Positions 35,273 through 45,863 of a stretch of DNA of 64,000 bases are shown in pieces. The notes under the pieces were generated by a model. The model saw only the letters and a program-made list of their open reading frames with translations, had not been told where the DNA came from and did not search any database. Where the stretch lies: positions 160,001 to 224,000 of IMG/VR virus record IMGVR_UViG_3300028888_000047. One strand, written 5' to 3'. Both the position numbers and the translations under genes were made by a program. Positions within the stretch are counted from its first letter, which is position 1. Each line of letters opens with the position of its first letter. The DNA is from a virus. Taxonomy: Duplodnaviria; Caudoviricetes.

Positions 35273-35680
35273 TTAAGATAAATAATCATTGATATTATTG
35301 GTCACAAAAGTAAGCTTTGTAATCAACTCACCCATAATTGCATCTTCTGTAAGCATTGTCACATCATTTGTTTCAATCATTCCGGCATCTTTTCCTTGTT
35401 CAATTCTTGCCTTTGCCAATTCAATGCCGAATTCTTCATCAAATTCATCCAGTGGATGACAGATTGAAATTCCAATTGTTAATGTTCTATGTAAGGTTCT
35501 CTTATTAAATGTCAACTTTCCGTTAACGAATGAACCTGGCTTTACTTCTACAGGTACTTCCTGTGTAATTTCCTTCGGTACGTAATTTTGTGTAAACTTA
35601 CCGACAACTGTTACTACATGCTTCTCGCCACCTTCGTCATATGCGTCTGCATAAAGGTGATAGTACTTAATTTTGCTCAT
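35273..35680 (-). CDS. hypothetical protein
   Basis: 135 aa; SICHPLDEFDEEFG motif. Confidence 0.75.
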   Translation of the reverse strand: MSKIKYYHLYADAYDEGGEKHVVTVVGKFTQNYVPKEITQEVPVEVKPGSFVNGKLTFNKRTLHRTLTIGISICHPLDEFDEEFGIELAKARIEQGKDAGMIETNDVTMLTEDAIMGELITKLTFVTNNINDYLS

Positions 35681-35711
35681 AACTTTGTATTTATTAATTA
35701 GTTTATTATTT

Positions 35712-35930
35712 TCAAACTTTATTTTTTATAACATTCTCAGTTCTTATATATTCTTTCAAGAACTTTTCATCTGTAAATAGTTTTCTAATATCTGACGCAT
35801 AAGGTTCGGGTATCATTATACCATCTATAAATAACATATTTCTAAACGCTGTTATTTCTCTTCCTTCATCTATTTTACCTAATGCACAATCATATCTCTT
35901 TTTAAAGACATATCTTTTCTTTTCATCCAT
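35712..35930 (-). CDS. hypothetical protein
   Basis: 72 aa. Confidence 0.7.
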   Translation of the reverse strand: MDEKKRYVFKKRYDCALGKIDEGREITAFRNMLFIDGIMIPEPYASDIRKLFTDEKFLKEYIRTENVIKNKV

Positions 35931-35932
35931 AC

Positions 35933-36484
35933 TTAATAACTGTAATCTATTTTTACGTATTTATTTTCCTCATAAGCAAGCCTTTTTGCTTCTAACACTC
36001 TTTCTTCTACTTCTTCAACTCTTTTACAAACCTTTCTTAAAATTGGTGTCATATACATATCTAACACTTCCCAATTAACGTATGGTCTTCCATCTTTAGG
36101 ACAAATTAATGGAATCATACAGTTGCGGTCATCTATATCCCATATTCCCCAACATTTGCAAGATAAATCTCCATCTGAATCTTGTAATGGGTTTCTGCCA
36201 ATTCCAAAGAATTCTATTCCTTTTGACTTACAGAAATCTATTGCCGGCTGAATGTGGTTTTCTCCCCTCATTGTTTCCAAGATAAATTTAACGCCAAACT
36301 CTTTTTCCCACCTTTTCATTATTTCTATACAATGGTCATTTTCTGTAAATGTTCCGTGTAACCAAGAAGAAGCCTTTGTAATAGTAAAGTCAAAATCTAT
36401 AACAATTGGTATAATCCATTTATTGTTTTTTTCATCTTTTTTCGAATACCATACTATTTCTTCGCAAATTTTATCTACATTCAT
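35933..36484 (-). CDS. HAD-superfamily hydrolase
   Basis: IDFDFTI, ILETMR, IDDRN. Confidence 0.8.
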   Translation of the reverse strand: MNVDKICEEIVWYSKKDEKNNKWIIPIVIDFDFTITKASSWLHGTFTENDHCIEIMKRWEKEFGVKFILETMRGENHIQPAIDFCKSKGIEFFGIGRNPLQDSDGDLSCKCWGIWDIDDRNCMIPLICPKDGRPYVNWEVLDMYMTPILRKVCKRVEEVEERVLEAKRLAYEENKYVKIDYSY

Positions 36485-36502
36485 TTCTGTTTAAAATTTA
36501 AG

Positions 36503-36643
36503 TTATTTCTCAATAAAGTCAACACAATGCCTACCATACTCAAGTATAAAAAGTTCATACATGTCGTCGTATGCTTCCTCATTTGCTCCTTTTAATATTG
36601 GGCAACCCGGAAACCTAATGCAATTAAAACAGCTTCTACTCAT
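36503..36643 (-). CDS. small Cys-containing hypothetical protein (46 aa)
   Basis: MSRSCFNCIRFPGCPILK...; fills the gap between neighbours. Confidence 0.55.
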   Translation of the reverse strand: MSRSCFNCIRFPGCPILKGANEEAYDDMYELFILEYGRHCVDFIEK

Positions 36644-36649
36644 GTATTA

Positions 36650-37267
36650 TTATTTATTTTCATTAAGTTTATATGCTGCTCTATTTCTCTCCCTATTTAT
36701 TTCAACAATTTTAGGGGTGACTAAATCTTTTGGATAATCAACATCGTTGTTTTCGTATTGATTTAAACCATGTTTTTTCCAATAAGCGTGATTGAGTCTT
36801 AAAAGAACGCCATTATTATACATTGTTGTATAGTCATTCCTGTCTGCATATTCTAATTCTATGTTGTTTTCTTTGCAATATCTGTATATAAATTCTGCAA
36901 TGGCTCTGGAACGACTCATGCCGGCTCTACAGCAAATTCTAAAATATGTTACACCATTTACTATATTATTTTCAATGAAATCTATTGTTTTTTCTGCTTG
37001 CTCCATTGTCATTGTTTTAAAATGATGCCCATTATACATAACATCATCACCAATATCATCAAACTCTAAATTAAGAACATTTTGATGGCCTTTGAAATAA
37101 TGTTTTGTATCTGCTTCATCAAGATAATATATCAAGCATTCTCTAGTGCCGATAATATCAATAAAAGCTTTATTTTTTTCATTTTCGACATTTTCATCGT
37201 TTAAGTTATCTTTTTCACACATTTCTTCAAAATAACAATGTGAAAAAACATCAATTTTTATTTTCAT
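36650..37267 (-). CDS. protein-tyrosine/dual-specificity phosphatase-like protein
   Basis: CRAGMSRS (CX5R), LEFDD. Confidence 0.82.
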   Translation of the reverse strand: MKIKIDVFSHCYFEEMCEKDNLNDENVENEKNKAFIDIIGTRECLIYYLDEADTKHYFKGHQNVLNLEFDDIGDDVMYNGHHFKTMTMEQAEKTIDFIENNIVNGVTYFRICCRAGMSRSRAIAEFIYRYCKENNIELEYADRNDYTTMYNNGVLLRLNHAYWKKHGLNQYENNDVDYPKDLVTPKIVEINRERNRAAYKLNENK

Positions 37268-37467
37268 AATAATTCAATTTCAGACATATTTAAATTAACA
37301 ATACTTGCGTTTAATCTTTCTTGTCCGTTTTTACCGTTGGTTATTTTTCCATCCCTCATTAAAACAATTGTGCATAAATCTCCTTTTGAAACGCTATATA
37401 GATACCAAGGTCTTTTTCCTTTCCAATCCTTTTTATAATAAACAATATCACCAACATTCATTATCAA
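37264..37467 (-). CDS. hypothetical protein
   Basis: 67 aa. Confidence 0.65.
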   Translation of the reverse strand: MIMNVGDIVYYKKDWKGKRPWYLYSVSKGDLCTIVLMRDGKITNGKNGQERLNASIVNLNMSEIELL

Positions 37468-37582
37468 TGGAAAAAATTATACATTTTTTTTAATATACCA
37501 TTTTTATCAAAAATTTTTAATTCTATCGAATTAGAATTATCCCAAAGTTCTTCCAAATATGTTTTTCTAAATGTTTCGTCAA

Positions 37583-38437
37583 TCATAACACTTCTCTTAA
37601 TTGTTTAGTCACATCCTTAACTGGAATTAATTCATATGTTCCATCATCTTTAAGCCATATGATTCTCCTTGCAATTACCTTTAACCCAATATCCTCTAAC
37701 GGTAATTGGTAGCAATTTAATTGGAGTACATACGTACTATAACTTTCTGAGAACATATCATTAAATGGCGCATACATCATAACTCCATTATTCCTATTGA
37801 AGTCATTATAAAGGTCTTTATTTGTCTTATAGTCCATAATTACGAGTCCATTTTTTTCGCTATTGTTTGGGTCAATGTAATACATCAATAAGTCAAATGT
37901 TCCTGCATAATCTTGTTTCAAATTGGTTATTTCTTTGTTTTTTCCTGTATATACCTTTGTTTCCGCCAAAACAAAATGAAGATTATTATTGAGCTCATCA
38001 TAGAACTTGTTTATGGCTTCTTCCTTTGGTCTCGTAGGTATTAGCCATCCTTTTTCTTCAATGTATTTTGTTTTACACGATTCGGTTATAAACTCAGGAT
38101 GGCCATTCTTCAACCAACCCAATGATTCACCATGCTCATGAACAAGGCTTCCTGTTGTGGTTGCTTTTAGATTATTGAATTTCCATTGGTCAAGCCAATA
38201 CTCCTTTGTCATGCCATTTTTCTCAGCATATCTTTCAGCAACCCCATCACTATCAAACGGAACCGAAAATTGGTGTGTTACATGAGATACACTCGGTAAT
38301 TCAATTCCATTTAAGTAGTATTTATGCGGGCCTTCTTCAAACTTCAAGTCCTTAAATTCATTCAATATTTTGTTCCTTATTTCTGTAACCTCGCTTGGTT
38401 CATTTGGAACAACTATTTTACTTGTTTTTTTAGTCAT
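37583..38437 (-). CDS. PD-(D/E)XK nuclease (exonuclease-like)
   Basis: PSVSHV, AGTFDLL...DYKTN, YVLQLNCY. Confidence 0.87.
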   Translation of the reverse strand: MTKKTSKIVVPNEPSEVTEIRNKILNEFKDLKFEEGPHKYYLNGIELPSVSHVTHQFSVPFDSDGVAERYAEKNGMTKEYWLDQWKFNNLKATTTGSLVHEHGESLGWLKNGHPEFITESCKTKYIEEKGWLIPTRPKEEAINKFYDELNNNLHFVLAETKVYTGKNKEITNLKQDYAGTFDLLMYYIDPNNSEKNGLVIMDYKTNKDLYNDFNRNNGVMMYAPFNDMFSESYSTYVLQLNCYQLPLEDIGLKVIARRIIWLKDDGTYELIPVKDVTKQLREVL

Positions 38438-38511
38438 TTAAATGATTTTGTTACAAATATACAAAAAATATTGATAAAAAAGAAATATTTATTAAAAAAT
38501 GTTTAAGTAAT

Positions 38512-38898
38512 ATGCAAAAAACAATTATACTATCAGAATCTAAGTTTTCAAAAATAATGAATTTGGTAAACGAAAATACAATACGTCTTCAACTGATTAA
38601 TGGCTTTTTCTACCCAACAGATAGCATAAGCAGAGATATACTGTATGACGATTATAATTTATCAAGAATTCCGGAAGATAGTTTTGATAGATGGAGTCCA
38701 AGGATGGTTCGGGATGGCTATAAATTGGCTATAAATGATTATAATCCACCTACAACACAAGATTTTAACCCGCCAAGAGGAAGCAAAATTGGTGGAGAGC
38801 CACACCCTTCAAAAAATCCATGTATAAAATGCAAAATGAATGGATTATGTGATTCTGATGAATGCGGAAATAAAATAAAAAAGAATATAAAAAGATAA
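38512..38898 (+). CDS. hypothetical late protein
   Basis: IILSESKFSK N-terminus; upstream ATATTTAT; terminator at about 38898-38923. Confidence 0.7.
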   Translation: MQKTIILSESKFSKIMNLVNENTIRLQLINGFFYPTDSISRDILYDDYNLSRIPEDSFDRWSPRMVRDGYKLAINDYNPPTTQDFNPPRGSKIGGEPHPSKNPCIKCKMNGLCDSDECGNKIKKNIKR

Positions 38899-38966
38899 AA
38901 GGACAGTTAAAATACTGTCCTTTATTTATTATATATTAATATATTTCTAGTTTATTTATATATTAT

Positions 38967-39776
38967 TTAATCCCATTTTTGTAATATTTTAGTTATTAAA
39001 CCGTTTCTAACAATATCATCATCAGTGAATTCTGTTATTGATACTTCTTCCATATCTTTTAGCCTTTCAACAGAATAGTCCAAACCTGATACATCATTTT
39101 TGTTTTTAATGCTTTTTCTATTAACCTGTTTTGAATCTCCGGTTATTACTATTTTACTATTTTCTCCTATTCTTGTTAAAATAAGTCTAAGGTTATCTTT
39201 TGTATATTGTTCACATTCATTTACCAATATCAATGAATTATCCAATGTTTTTCCAAGCAAGAAATTGACATATTCATGTCTTATAATTCCAGTATTAATT
39301 AACATATTTGTAATTTCATTGTAAGAAATGTTTTTGCTTATCTTCAATATTTTATTGATAGTTTCCTTATCAGCCTCTGTAAACATTCTTGTCTTGTCGT
39401 AGAAATCACCTTTTAAGTACCCCAGTGATAAATCTTGCCCTCCTGCTTGCGCTGTTGGTATTATCATGACAATATTTTCAAATTCGCCGTCTTTTAATGC
39501 TTTTAAGCCGTAGGTTAATGAAATAAATGATTTTCCTGTTCCTGGAGAACCTATCCCAAAACATATTTCTTTATTTTTGTTTTTAAGACAATTTAAAAAT
39601 TCTTTTTGTTTTTCGGTTTTACATTTCACATCCAACCTGTAATTCAATGCTTTCAATGCCGTCGCACTAACCACATCATCAGGATTAATGTAATCTGTAA
39701 CGCTTTTTCCTAATTTTTCATTGATTAAATCAAGTTCAAATTCTTCTAAACCTTTAAGATTTTTCTTTTTTCCCAT
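38967..39776 (-). CDS. phoH: PhoH-like ATPase
   Basis: GSPGTGKS, LGYLKG, LTRIGENSKIVITGD..Q, DIVRN. Confidence 0.92.
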   Translation of the reverse strand: MGKKKNLKGLEEFELDLINEKLGKSVTDYINPDDVVSATALKALNYRLDVKCKTEKQKEFLNCLKNKNKEICFGIGSPGTGKSFISLTYGLKALKDGEFENIVMIIPTAQAGGQDLSLGYLKGDFYDKTRMFTEADKETINKILKISKNISYNEITNMLINTGIIRHEYVNFLLGKTLDNSLILVNECEQYTKDNLRLILTRIGENSKIVITGDSKQVNRKSIKNKNDVSGLDYSVERLKDMEEVSITEFTDDDIVRNGLITKILQKWD

Positions 39777-39979
39777 AAAAAAATAATTTTAATGAAAAAA
39801 GCGAGACATTCCCTATACCGGAAACGCTCGCTTATTATGTTTATTAGTTAGTTCAAAATGCATTTTGTGTTAACTTTATTAATAAATATTTAATTTAAGT
39901 TAATTTTAACGTATTTTATCAATAATTTCTTCTTTTTTACCAATTTATTTTGTATCTTTACCAAATAAAATAATATAAT

Positions 39980-40333
39980 ATGAAAAGAAGTAATCTTAAA
40001 AGGCTTGCAAAAGCAAGAATTGAATTGAAAAAGATGCGCAGATGGGCAATAATTGGTTTAGAAACCATATTATGTTTAATTTGTTATTCATTTGTGTCGT
40101 TCATTATTCTTACAATATTGTACTATACAATAAAGTTGGTTAATGAAAATGAAGCGTTTAGATGGTATATTTTGGGTATATTAACCATTATTGCCACGGT
40201 GTTGTCTATTATGTATATTAAAAAATATAATAAAAAATATAGAATAAATGATAGTGATTCATCCGAAAGACAAAACTACTTCCTTTTTGAGACAGATATA
40301 CGCAGGGAAGAGGAACGTTACTTTAATAGATGA
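39980..40333 (+). CDS. membrane protein
   Basis: Two transmembrane segments; TATCTTTA promoter-like box upstream. Confidence 0.65.
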   Translation: MKRSNLKRLAKARIELKKMRRWAIIGLETILCLICYSFVSFIILTILYYTIKLVNENEAFRWYILGILTIIATVLSIMYIKKYNKKYRINDSDSSERQNYFLFETDIRREEERYFNR

Positions 40334-40787
40334 GACTTGGAATAGTCGAAACATACGAGAAGCAATTGGTTCTTCTCCAAAGGAAGAAGAAATAATGATG
40401 CTTGGACATGGCTGTGATGACGGATTATTTGCTCCTTATGGGGCAAAGCAATTTGCCAGGAAAATAGTTGATAGCAAATTAGTATACCTTCTTAGGGAAC
40501 ATACTTGCATTGGCATTTGGTGTTATGCAAATCAATTTGCTGAAAAATATGGGCTAAAAGGATTGTTCACAGGAATGGTTATTAGTGATATTGATGAGGC
40601 ATATAACAACTGTATAGATATTACAGGTGAAAACATAGACCGTTGCAATGAACAATACGCAAGTGACCTTGAATATTGTATGCGTAGATATTCTTTAGAC
40701 CTTGTTCCAAAAATGATGTTGGAGTTGCAAGATTATCATTCAGAATTAAAAGATTTTAATTATAAAAGTTTTTACTACTATGAGTAA
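40248..40787 (+). CDS. hypothetical protein
   Basis: 179 aa; MLGHG...IGIWCYA (His-Gly/Cys spacing reminiscent of clan CD peptidases). Confidence 0.75.
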   Translation: MIVIHPKDKTTSFLRQIYAGKRNVTLIDETWNSRNIREAIGSSPKEEEIMMLGHGCDDGLFAPYGAKQFARKIVDSKLVYLLREHTCIGIWCYANQFAEKYGLKGLFTGMVISDIDEAYNNCIDITGENIDRCNEQYASDLEYCMRRYSLDLVPKMMLELQDYHSELKDFNYKSFYYYE

Positions 40788-41106
40788 TATAACATATTTA
40801 GCACCAACGTCAATATCTTCTATTTCGACAGAAGATATAGAATTTAAATATCCTGAACCAAAAAATATATTTCTAATAAAAATCATTTCTGGTGGCGTAT
40901 CTACAGCAGGATATGGAGGATTTTGTGAAAAAGTTTATTGCCTAAGTTTTGACTTTTCAAAAGAAGGGTTTAAAATAAAAGAAAAAACCGATGCAATTGT
41001 TAAAAAATTGTTGGAAATAATCAAACACCCACTTACATCAGATTCAATTGTAAAACTAACATTGATAGAAGGGAGCTATGGAAATTATAAGATAGAATTT
41101 ATTTAA
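40780..41106 (+). CDS. hypothetical protein
   Basis: 108 aa. Confidence 0.65.
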   Translation: MSNITYLAPTSISSISTEDIEFKYPEPKNIFLIKIISGGVSTAGYGGFCEKVYCLSFDFSKEGFKIKEKTDAIVKKLLEIIKHPLTSDSIVKLTLIEGSYGNYKIEFI

Positions 41107-41107
41107 A

Positions 41108-41136
41108 AAAAGGCAGGATTAATCGTCCTGCCTTTT
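41108..41136. terminator. bidirectional terminator between convergent genes
   Basis: AAAAGGCAGGA-TTAATCG-TCCTGCCTTTT. Confidence 0.8.
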
Positions 41137-41143
41137 ATTATTT

Positions 41144-42163
41144 TTATACATCTTCCCTGGTCCAACCATCAGGTATTCCACTTATATCATCAATGGTCCA
41201 ATTAGTTGAACTTTTACACTTGAATGTTCCGCTTGAAGCAACCCCATCAACCCAATCGTTTGTGCAATTATCTGCACTAATATTTTCTGCAAGGCAAGTA
41301 ATCTCATTCAATGATTCACACCCATAAAACATTTGTTCATAACAGCTCTCTTTTAATACTTTAGCTGGTAGAGTTGGTGCTTTTGTTAATGCTGTGCAAC
41401 CTTCAAACATATACGAATAGCAATCATTAGCCAAATATATTGCTGGTAATAAATCACTTGGAACAGTCACTAAATTTTCGCACCCTAAAAACATTTGATA
41501 ATAACATGCTTGAGATACTATTAAAGGAAGTTTTAAATCAGCTATGCTTGTTAAGCCTGTACATCCATAAAATAAATTTTCAAAAGCATGAGGAACCGTA
41601 TCAAATTCTGTATCTGCAATATCAAAATAATCATCATACAACAATGTTGCTATTTTACCCCCAAGAGTAAATGTTCCTGTTGTACTGCCGAACTCGCCAA
41701 TTCCATTATTAACCCCAAGGCCAACGTGGTCTTGAGGTCCACGAAGCCTTATTTTATCCCCCGACGCAACGGTAACGCCAGTGCTGGGCAAACTTGTCCA
41801 CGAACCTCCATTTTTTGAATATCTAGGCATTGCGTTAGTTGTGGAATCAAACACTAACTTCCCGCTACTTGTAAACGAAAACGTAAGCCAATCTGAATTA
41901 TTTTTTTGTATAATTTCAGCATCTTTATCGGCGCATAATGTTCCATCAACATAGCTATTGAGCGTTGCTGTTCTCTGTGAATCTCCATTGTTAGTTTGCG
42001 CTGAAATTGTTACGGTTTTAGTACTTGTATTTGCTGTAAATGAATACCATGTGTCGGCAGCACTGGCCTTTTGGAAAGTAACGTTGCCACCATCGCAAGA
42101 AAAATTATATGTAAAATTTTTTGTGCCTCCGCTATGAGACATGTTAACAGTTATTGAAGCCAT
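41144..42163 (-). CDS. BACON-like + BspA/DUF285-type leucine-rich-repeat protein (putative virion adhesin)
   Basis: N-terminal Ig-like domain; repeats LA..CY..MF.GCT.L..P.LPA; C-terminal WVDGVASSGTF...GIPDGW. Confidence 0.8.
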   Translation of the reverse strand: MASITVNMSHSGGTKNFTYNFSCDGGNVTFQKASAADTWYSFTANTSTKTVTISAQTNNGDSQRTATLNSYVDGTLCADKDAEIIQKNNSDWLTFSFTSSGKLVFDSTTNAMPRYSKNGGSWTSLPSTGVTVASGDKIRLRGPQDHVGLGVNNGIGEFGSTTGTFTLGGKIATLLYDDYFDIADTEFDTVPHAFENLFYGCTGLTSIADLKLPLIVSQACYYQMFLGCENLVTVPSDLLPAIYLANDCYSYMFEGCTALTKAPTLPAKVLKESCYEQMFYGCESLNEITCLAENISADNCTNDWVDGVASSGTFKCKSSTNWTIDDISGIPDGWTREDV

Positions 42164-42190
42164 CTATATTAATTTTTAATTTTATTTTAA

Positions 42191-43219
42191 TCAAAAAGTA
42201 TATGTAATACTACCCCAATCATAATAGTAATCTGAATTAGGTAATCTACGATATACTCTTATAGTGTTATTATAATGATATTGATAAGGGTTGTAAGGCT
42301 GTACTTTAATGATTACATCCATAGCACCTGGATTAGAAGCATCTGGCAAGAAATCTATACTATCAATTCCATAAGAGCTGTAATCTTTTGTGTATCCTGT
42401 CTCACTAGAAACATAAAGGTCTGGTTGGTCAGTACAATCCCAGTAATAACCAAAGTGAATAATATTTTTACCTTTATCTTCCTTTGGAGAACATCCATCA
42501 ATCCCACTAGGAGAAGGCCAAATATATTTACCATCTATATCTACATAAATGCCACCACAACCTCCATAGTGGCATGGGTCATCTGCCGCTGGTTGATTGA
42601 TTGTTACCTCTTTGCCGCTACAAGGAGAGCCATCAATATATGGCGTAATTGTTATAGTTCTATCATCACCAGTAGATGGGTTTTCTGTTAATGTGACAAA
42701 TACATTATTACCGCTTTTTTGAATTCCTCCGGTGGTTCCAGAACCGCTAATTCTAAATTCAAAAGCATTGAAACAACTTGGCTCATTTAATGTATATATA
42801 TTAATAGAGCCTCCTTGAGAATCTGCGTTCATTGTAGCACTAACTCTCGATATTGAATCACAACCACAAGTTGGAGGTTCTGGTGTTGGTTCTGGACTTG
42901 GTTGATTCAAAGTCAATGCTGAGCATGGGCAACTTGGTGTAGGCTCTTGCCCTTGTTGTGTAACAGTAATAGTACTGTTTGAACATGAGTTAGAGCCTAT
43001 CTTTGGAGTTAAAGTAACCGTACGAGTGGAATCAGCACTTAACTCCCCCGCACTAATTTGAACCGTGCTATTTGAATCATTAAATGTTACGTTAAAATAA
43101 CCAGTTTGGCTTTGTGTGACAACCCAATCACTTGAAGTCAACGAACCATAGCAATCAGATAAATTCCACGAGTAAGTTACGCTACCGCCAGAAGATGGAA
43201 ATGTTTTATTATATGCCAT
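42191..43219 (-). CDS. BACON/Ig-like repeat virion protein
   Basis: FPSSGGS...RTVTLTP...ITVTQ repeats, Cys pairs. Confidence 0.7.
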   Translation of the reverse strand: MAYNKTFPSSGGSVTYSWNLSDCYGSLTSSDWVVTQSQTGYFNVTFNDSNSTVQISAGELSADSTRTVTLTPKIGSNSCSNSTITVTQQGQEPTPSCPCSALTLNQPSPEPTPEPPTCGCDSISRVSATMNADSQGGSINIYTLNEPSCFNAFEFRISGSGTTGGIQKSGNNVFVTLTENPSTGDDRTITITPYIDGSPCSGKEVTINQPAADDPCHYGGCGGIYVDIDGKYIWPSPSGIDGCSPKEDKGKNIIHFGYYWDCTDQPDLYVSSETGYTKDYSSYGIDSIDFLPDASNPGAMDVIIKVQPYNPYQYHYNNTIRVYRRLPNSDYYYDWGSITYTF

Positions 43220-43229
43220 TTTTTATTTA

Positions 43230-44735
43230 TTATGTATATTTGTTATTAATGTCATCCACAATATTAAAATGTAAAACGTCATGGTGAATTATTTCTTCCA
43301 TGCCGTATTTTATTTTAATATCCAAATAATATTTCTGCGGTATTAAAATATTTGTATCAATAAGAATATAGTTTTCAAGGAATGTTTTATTGACTGGTTC
43401 CCAATGTAATACATCAAATTCTCTTGTTCCGTCCTTAATATAAAGTCTTGTTTCCATTCCATTTATTAATTCATATTCCTTTGTTTCATATTCAACGCGA
43501 GCCAATATATTAACCTTTCTAATATCACCACGTTTAATATCTTCATCTGTGTTTATTCCTGAAACATTTGGAATGAATCGTTTATTATTTTCCAATTTAT
43601 TACCAATGTTGAAAAACATATTTGGAGATTTCAATGTAAAATCAAGTTCAACCGGAGATAATTCGCTTCCTTCATATTTTATATTTTTCCAAGTATCATA
43701 TAACATTGTATCTTCTTCTCTATTTGATATTTTCAAATCAATGTAATATATACCTTTTGAAAAATGCTTCGCCTCAACATTTTCCAATAAATTTCCTGAA
43801 GCGTCTTCAACAACATCTTCATTTGAATCAGTTATTGTAACTGTAGGTAATTCATCCAAATCAGTTAATTGGCCTCCTAAGTTACAATATAGATATAGTT
43901 TATTATCTTTATTCAAAATGAAGTTTGCCCTATCATCATCAACGTAATCATGATATTGTGTTTCAACAAATGGTTCAAAAAATGTATTAGTTTTATTCGT
44001 GAACCATGATGAGTAGTGTTCTGTTAAACTTATAACTCCATTTTTAGCCCCACCAGAGCGTTCTAACATTGGAGAGTAAGCAATACCAATGCCATAGTTT
44101 TCTAACTCACCAGAGACGAATTTGTTAACAATATCAGTTATATCCAAATCTATGCTTTCTCCGCCAACTTCAAACCTTTGCCTTGCGAATATAATATCGC
44201 TTCCTTCATCTGAGGAAAACTTATCATATTCCTTTGTTAATGTTTCGTTTGTATAAACACCTTCTTCATCCCAATTAAGACCATTTCTCCTTTGATACCA
44301 ATTGCAGCCGTCTGTGGAAACCAATCTATTTCCCCAAAATTCACTCTTGGTGTCATAATAATCTTCCTGAAATTTGTTTCTTGAATAATCGAAGCCTTTT
44401 CCAGCATCCCATCTTTTTGGAATTAAAAAGAAAATAAGGTCAAAAGATGAAGCCCTTCTGCTTTTGCATTCATTAACAGAGCTACATTTTTGACTATGCA
44501 ATATGGTAAAGTCAACGCTGCCTGCGTTTGTTATCTTAAGTCTATGTGTTATCTTTGACTTATCAGGCATTGTACCATCTTCCATCATTTTCTTTATCTT
44601 GCTATGGTCAAAATAAAGCAACATTCTTGAAACATTTTTACCATATAAGATTTCAGATACAGGATTCAAACTTGTATTAATATTTGAACCCTTTATGATT
44701 GTATTGATTTTTTCTATAAACGTTTTATATATCAT
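43230..44735 (-). CDS. putative virion structural protein
   Basis: 501 aa, late-gene context, ATATTTAT upstream. Confidence 0.65.
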   Translation of the reverse strand: MIYKTFIEKINTIIKGSNINTSLNPVSEILYGKNVSRMLLYFDHSKIKKMMEDGTMPDKSKITHRLKITNAGSVDFTILHSQKCSSVNECKSRRASSFDLIFFLIPKRWDAGKGFDYSRNKFQEDYYDTKSEFWGNRLVSTDGCNWYQRRNGLNWDEEGVYTNETLTKEYDKFSSDEGSDIIFARQRFEVGGESIDLDITDIVNKFVSGELENYGIGIAYSPMLERSGGAKNGVISLTEHYSSWFTNKTNTFFEPFVETQYHDYVDDDRANFILNKDNKLYLYCNLGGQLTDLDELPTVTITDSNEDVVEDASGNLLENVEAKHFSKGIYYIDLKISNREEDTMLYDTWKNIKYEGSELSPVELDFTLKSPNMFFNIGNKLENNKRFIPNVSGINTDEDIKRGDIRKVNILARVEYETKEYELINGMETRLYIKDGTREFDVLHWEPVNKTFLENYILIDTNILIPQKYYLDIKIKYGMEEIIHHDVLHFNIVDDINNKYT

Positions 44736-44756
44736 TTTCTTTTTTAATAATAAATA

Positions 44757-45677
44757 TTAGGAAATTCTAACATGTTTTGATAATATGTCATCCAATTTAT
44801 TCAGCCAATCAGCATTATCCTTTACATACTCTGCCATTGATGGCGGCATTCCTGCAAATGGATGAACATGTGTAATAATTGCCTTAATCATTACATCCAA
44901 CACTTTAACCAAAACATCACCCATTGGAACTTGATGTAATTTTGACATCATTTTATCAAGGTCTTCGTTTTTAATTAATTGCTCCGTATCAGTTAAATCA
45001 AATGCATTATCGTCTTTATTGCTTATTATATTGATTTTATCAGCGACCAAGTTAATAACGCTATTTGCTTCTTGATTATATTCTTTTGTTAATGCTTTTT
45101 TATATTTCAATTGAATATAAGCCGGGTCTAATTTATTAAATACAACTTTTCCAACCACAGCTTCTCCATTTCTTGAATCTCCAAGTGTTGAATCGTTTCT
45201 GATTCCGCACCTAATGTCAATTTCATCACCAACGTCTTTTGAATCCCTTAATATAATATCTTGGCTTGTTCTGCCCAATACAGCCACATCATCAACTGTC
45301 GGAAAAGAGCCAAAAGTTTCCTTATAATTTGATATTTTCTCAAGTGGTTCTATTGTTCCTCCATCTATTAATGATGTTGCGTTTCCCCTTCCATAAGAAT
45401 ACTCACATTTTTCTTGAAATTGAGGTTGTGATATAATCGGTCCAAGGTAATATCGTTGACTTTCAGCATTATCTGACATTGTTGTTATGACAAATGCCCC
45501 TTCTCCTATTTTTGGAACAGATTGAAACGTTTTTGGCAACAATGGAAATGAATAAGGTATTTGTTCCAATGGTTTTGTTCCATCCTGTTGAATTCTCACC
45601 TTAATTCTTAATCCATCAGCTGTATCTTGGACCATTTCAACTTGTCCTTTTTTAATTATTGACTGACCGTTATCCAT
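44757..45677 (-). CDS. baseplate hub/spike protein (gp5/GpV-like)
   Basis: N-terminal OB-like RIKVRI...FPLLPK...PKIGE; C-terminal HVH metal-tip motif. Confidence 0.7.
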   Translation of the reverse strand: MDNGQSIIKKGQVEMVQDTADGLRIKVRIQQDGTKPLEQIPYSFPLLPKTFQSVPKIGEGAFVITTMSDNAESQRYYLGPIISQPQFQEKCEYSYGRGNATSLIDGGTIEPLEKISNYKETFGSFPTVDDVAVLGRTSQDIILRDSKDVGDEIDIRCGIRNDSTLGDSRNGEAVVGKVVFNKLDPAYIQLKYKKALTKEYNQEANSVINLVADKINIISNKDDNAFDLTDTEQLIKNEDLDKMMSKLHQVPMGDVLVKVLDVMIKAIITHVHPFAGMPPSMAEYVKDNADWLNKLDDILSKHVRIS

Positions 45678-45862
45678 TAAAATATACCTTTATTCCTATT
45701 GCTTATTTCTTGTTTTGTCTTTAAATATAGAGTATCAAGCTCTTTCATTTTTTCCATTAATTCAAGAACTTTTATTTTTGTACTTTCATATTCATTTTCA
45801 AGTTTTTTTAACTCTATATTTAATTCATCATTGGTTAGATTTTTGTAATCAATTGTTCTCAT
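45677..45862 (-). CDS. small coiled-coil protein
   Basis: Start moved to ATG 45862. Confidence 0.65.
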   Translation of the reverse strand: MRTIDYKNLTNDELNIELKKLENEYESTKIKVLELMEKMKELDTLYLKTKQEISNRNKGIF

Positions 45863-45863
45863 A

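Noticed and set aside
41144-42163. Diversity-generating retroelement target
   Set aside because: No reverse transcriptase and no adenine-variant template repeat are visible in this window
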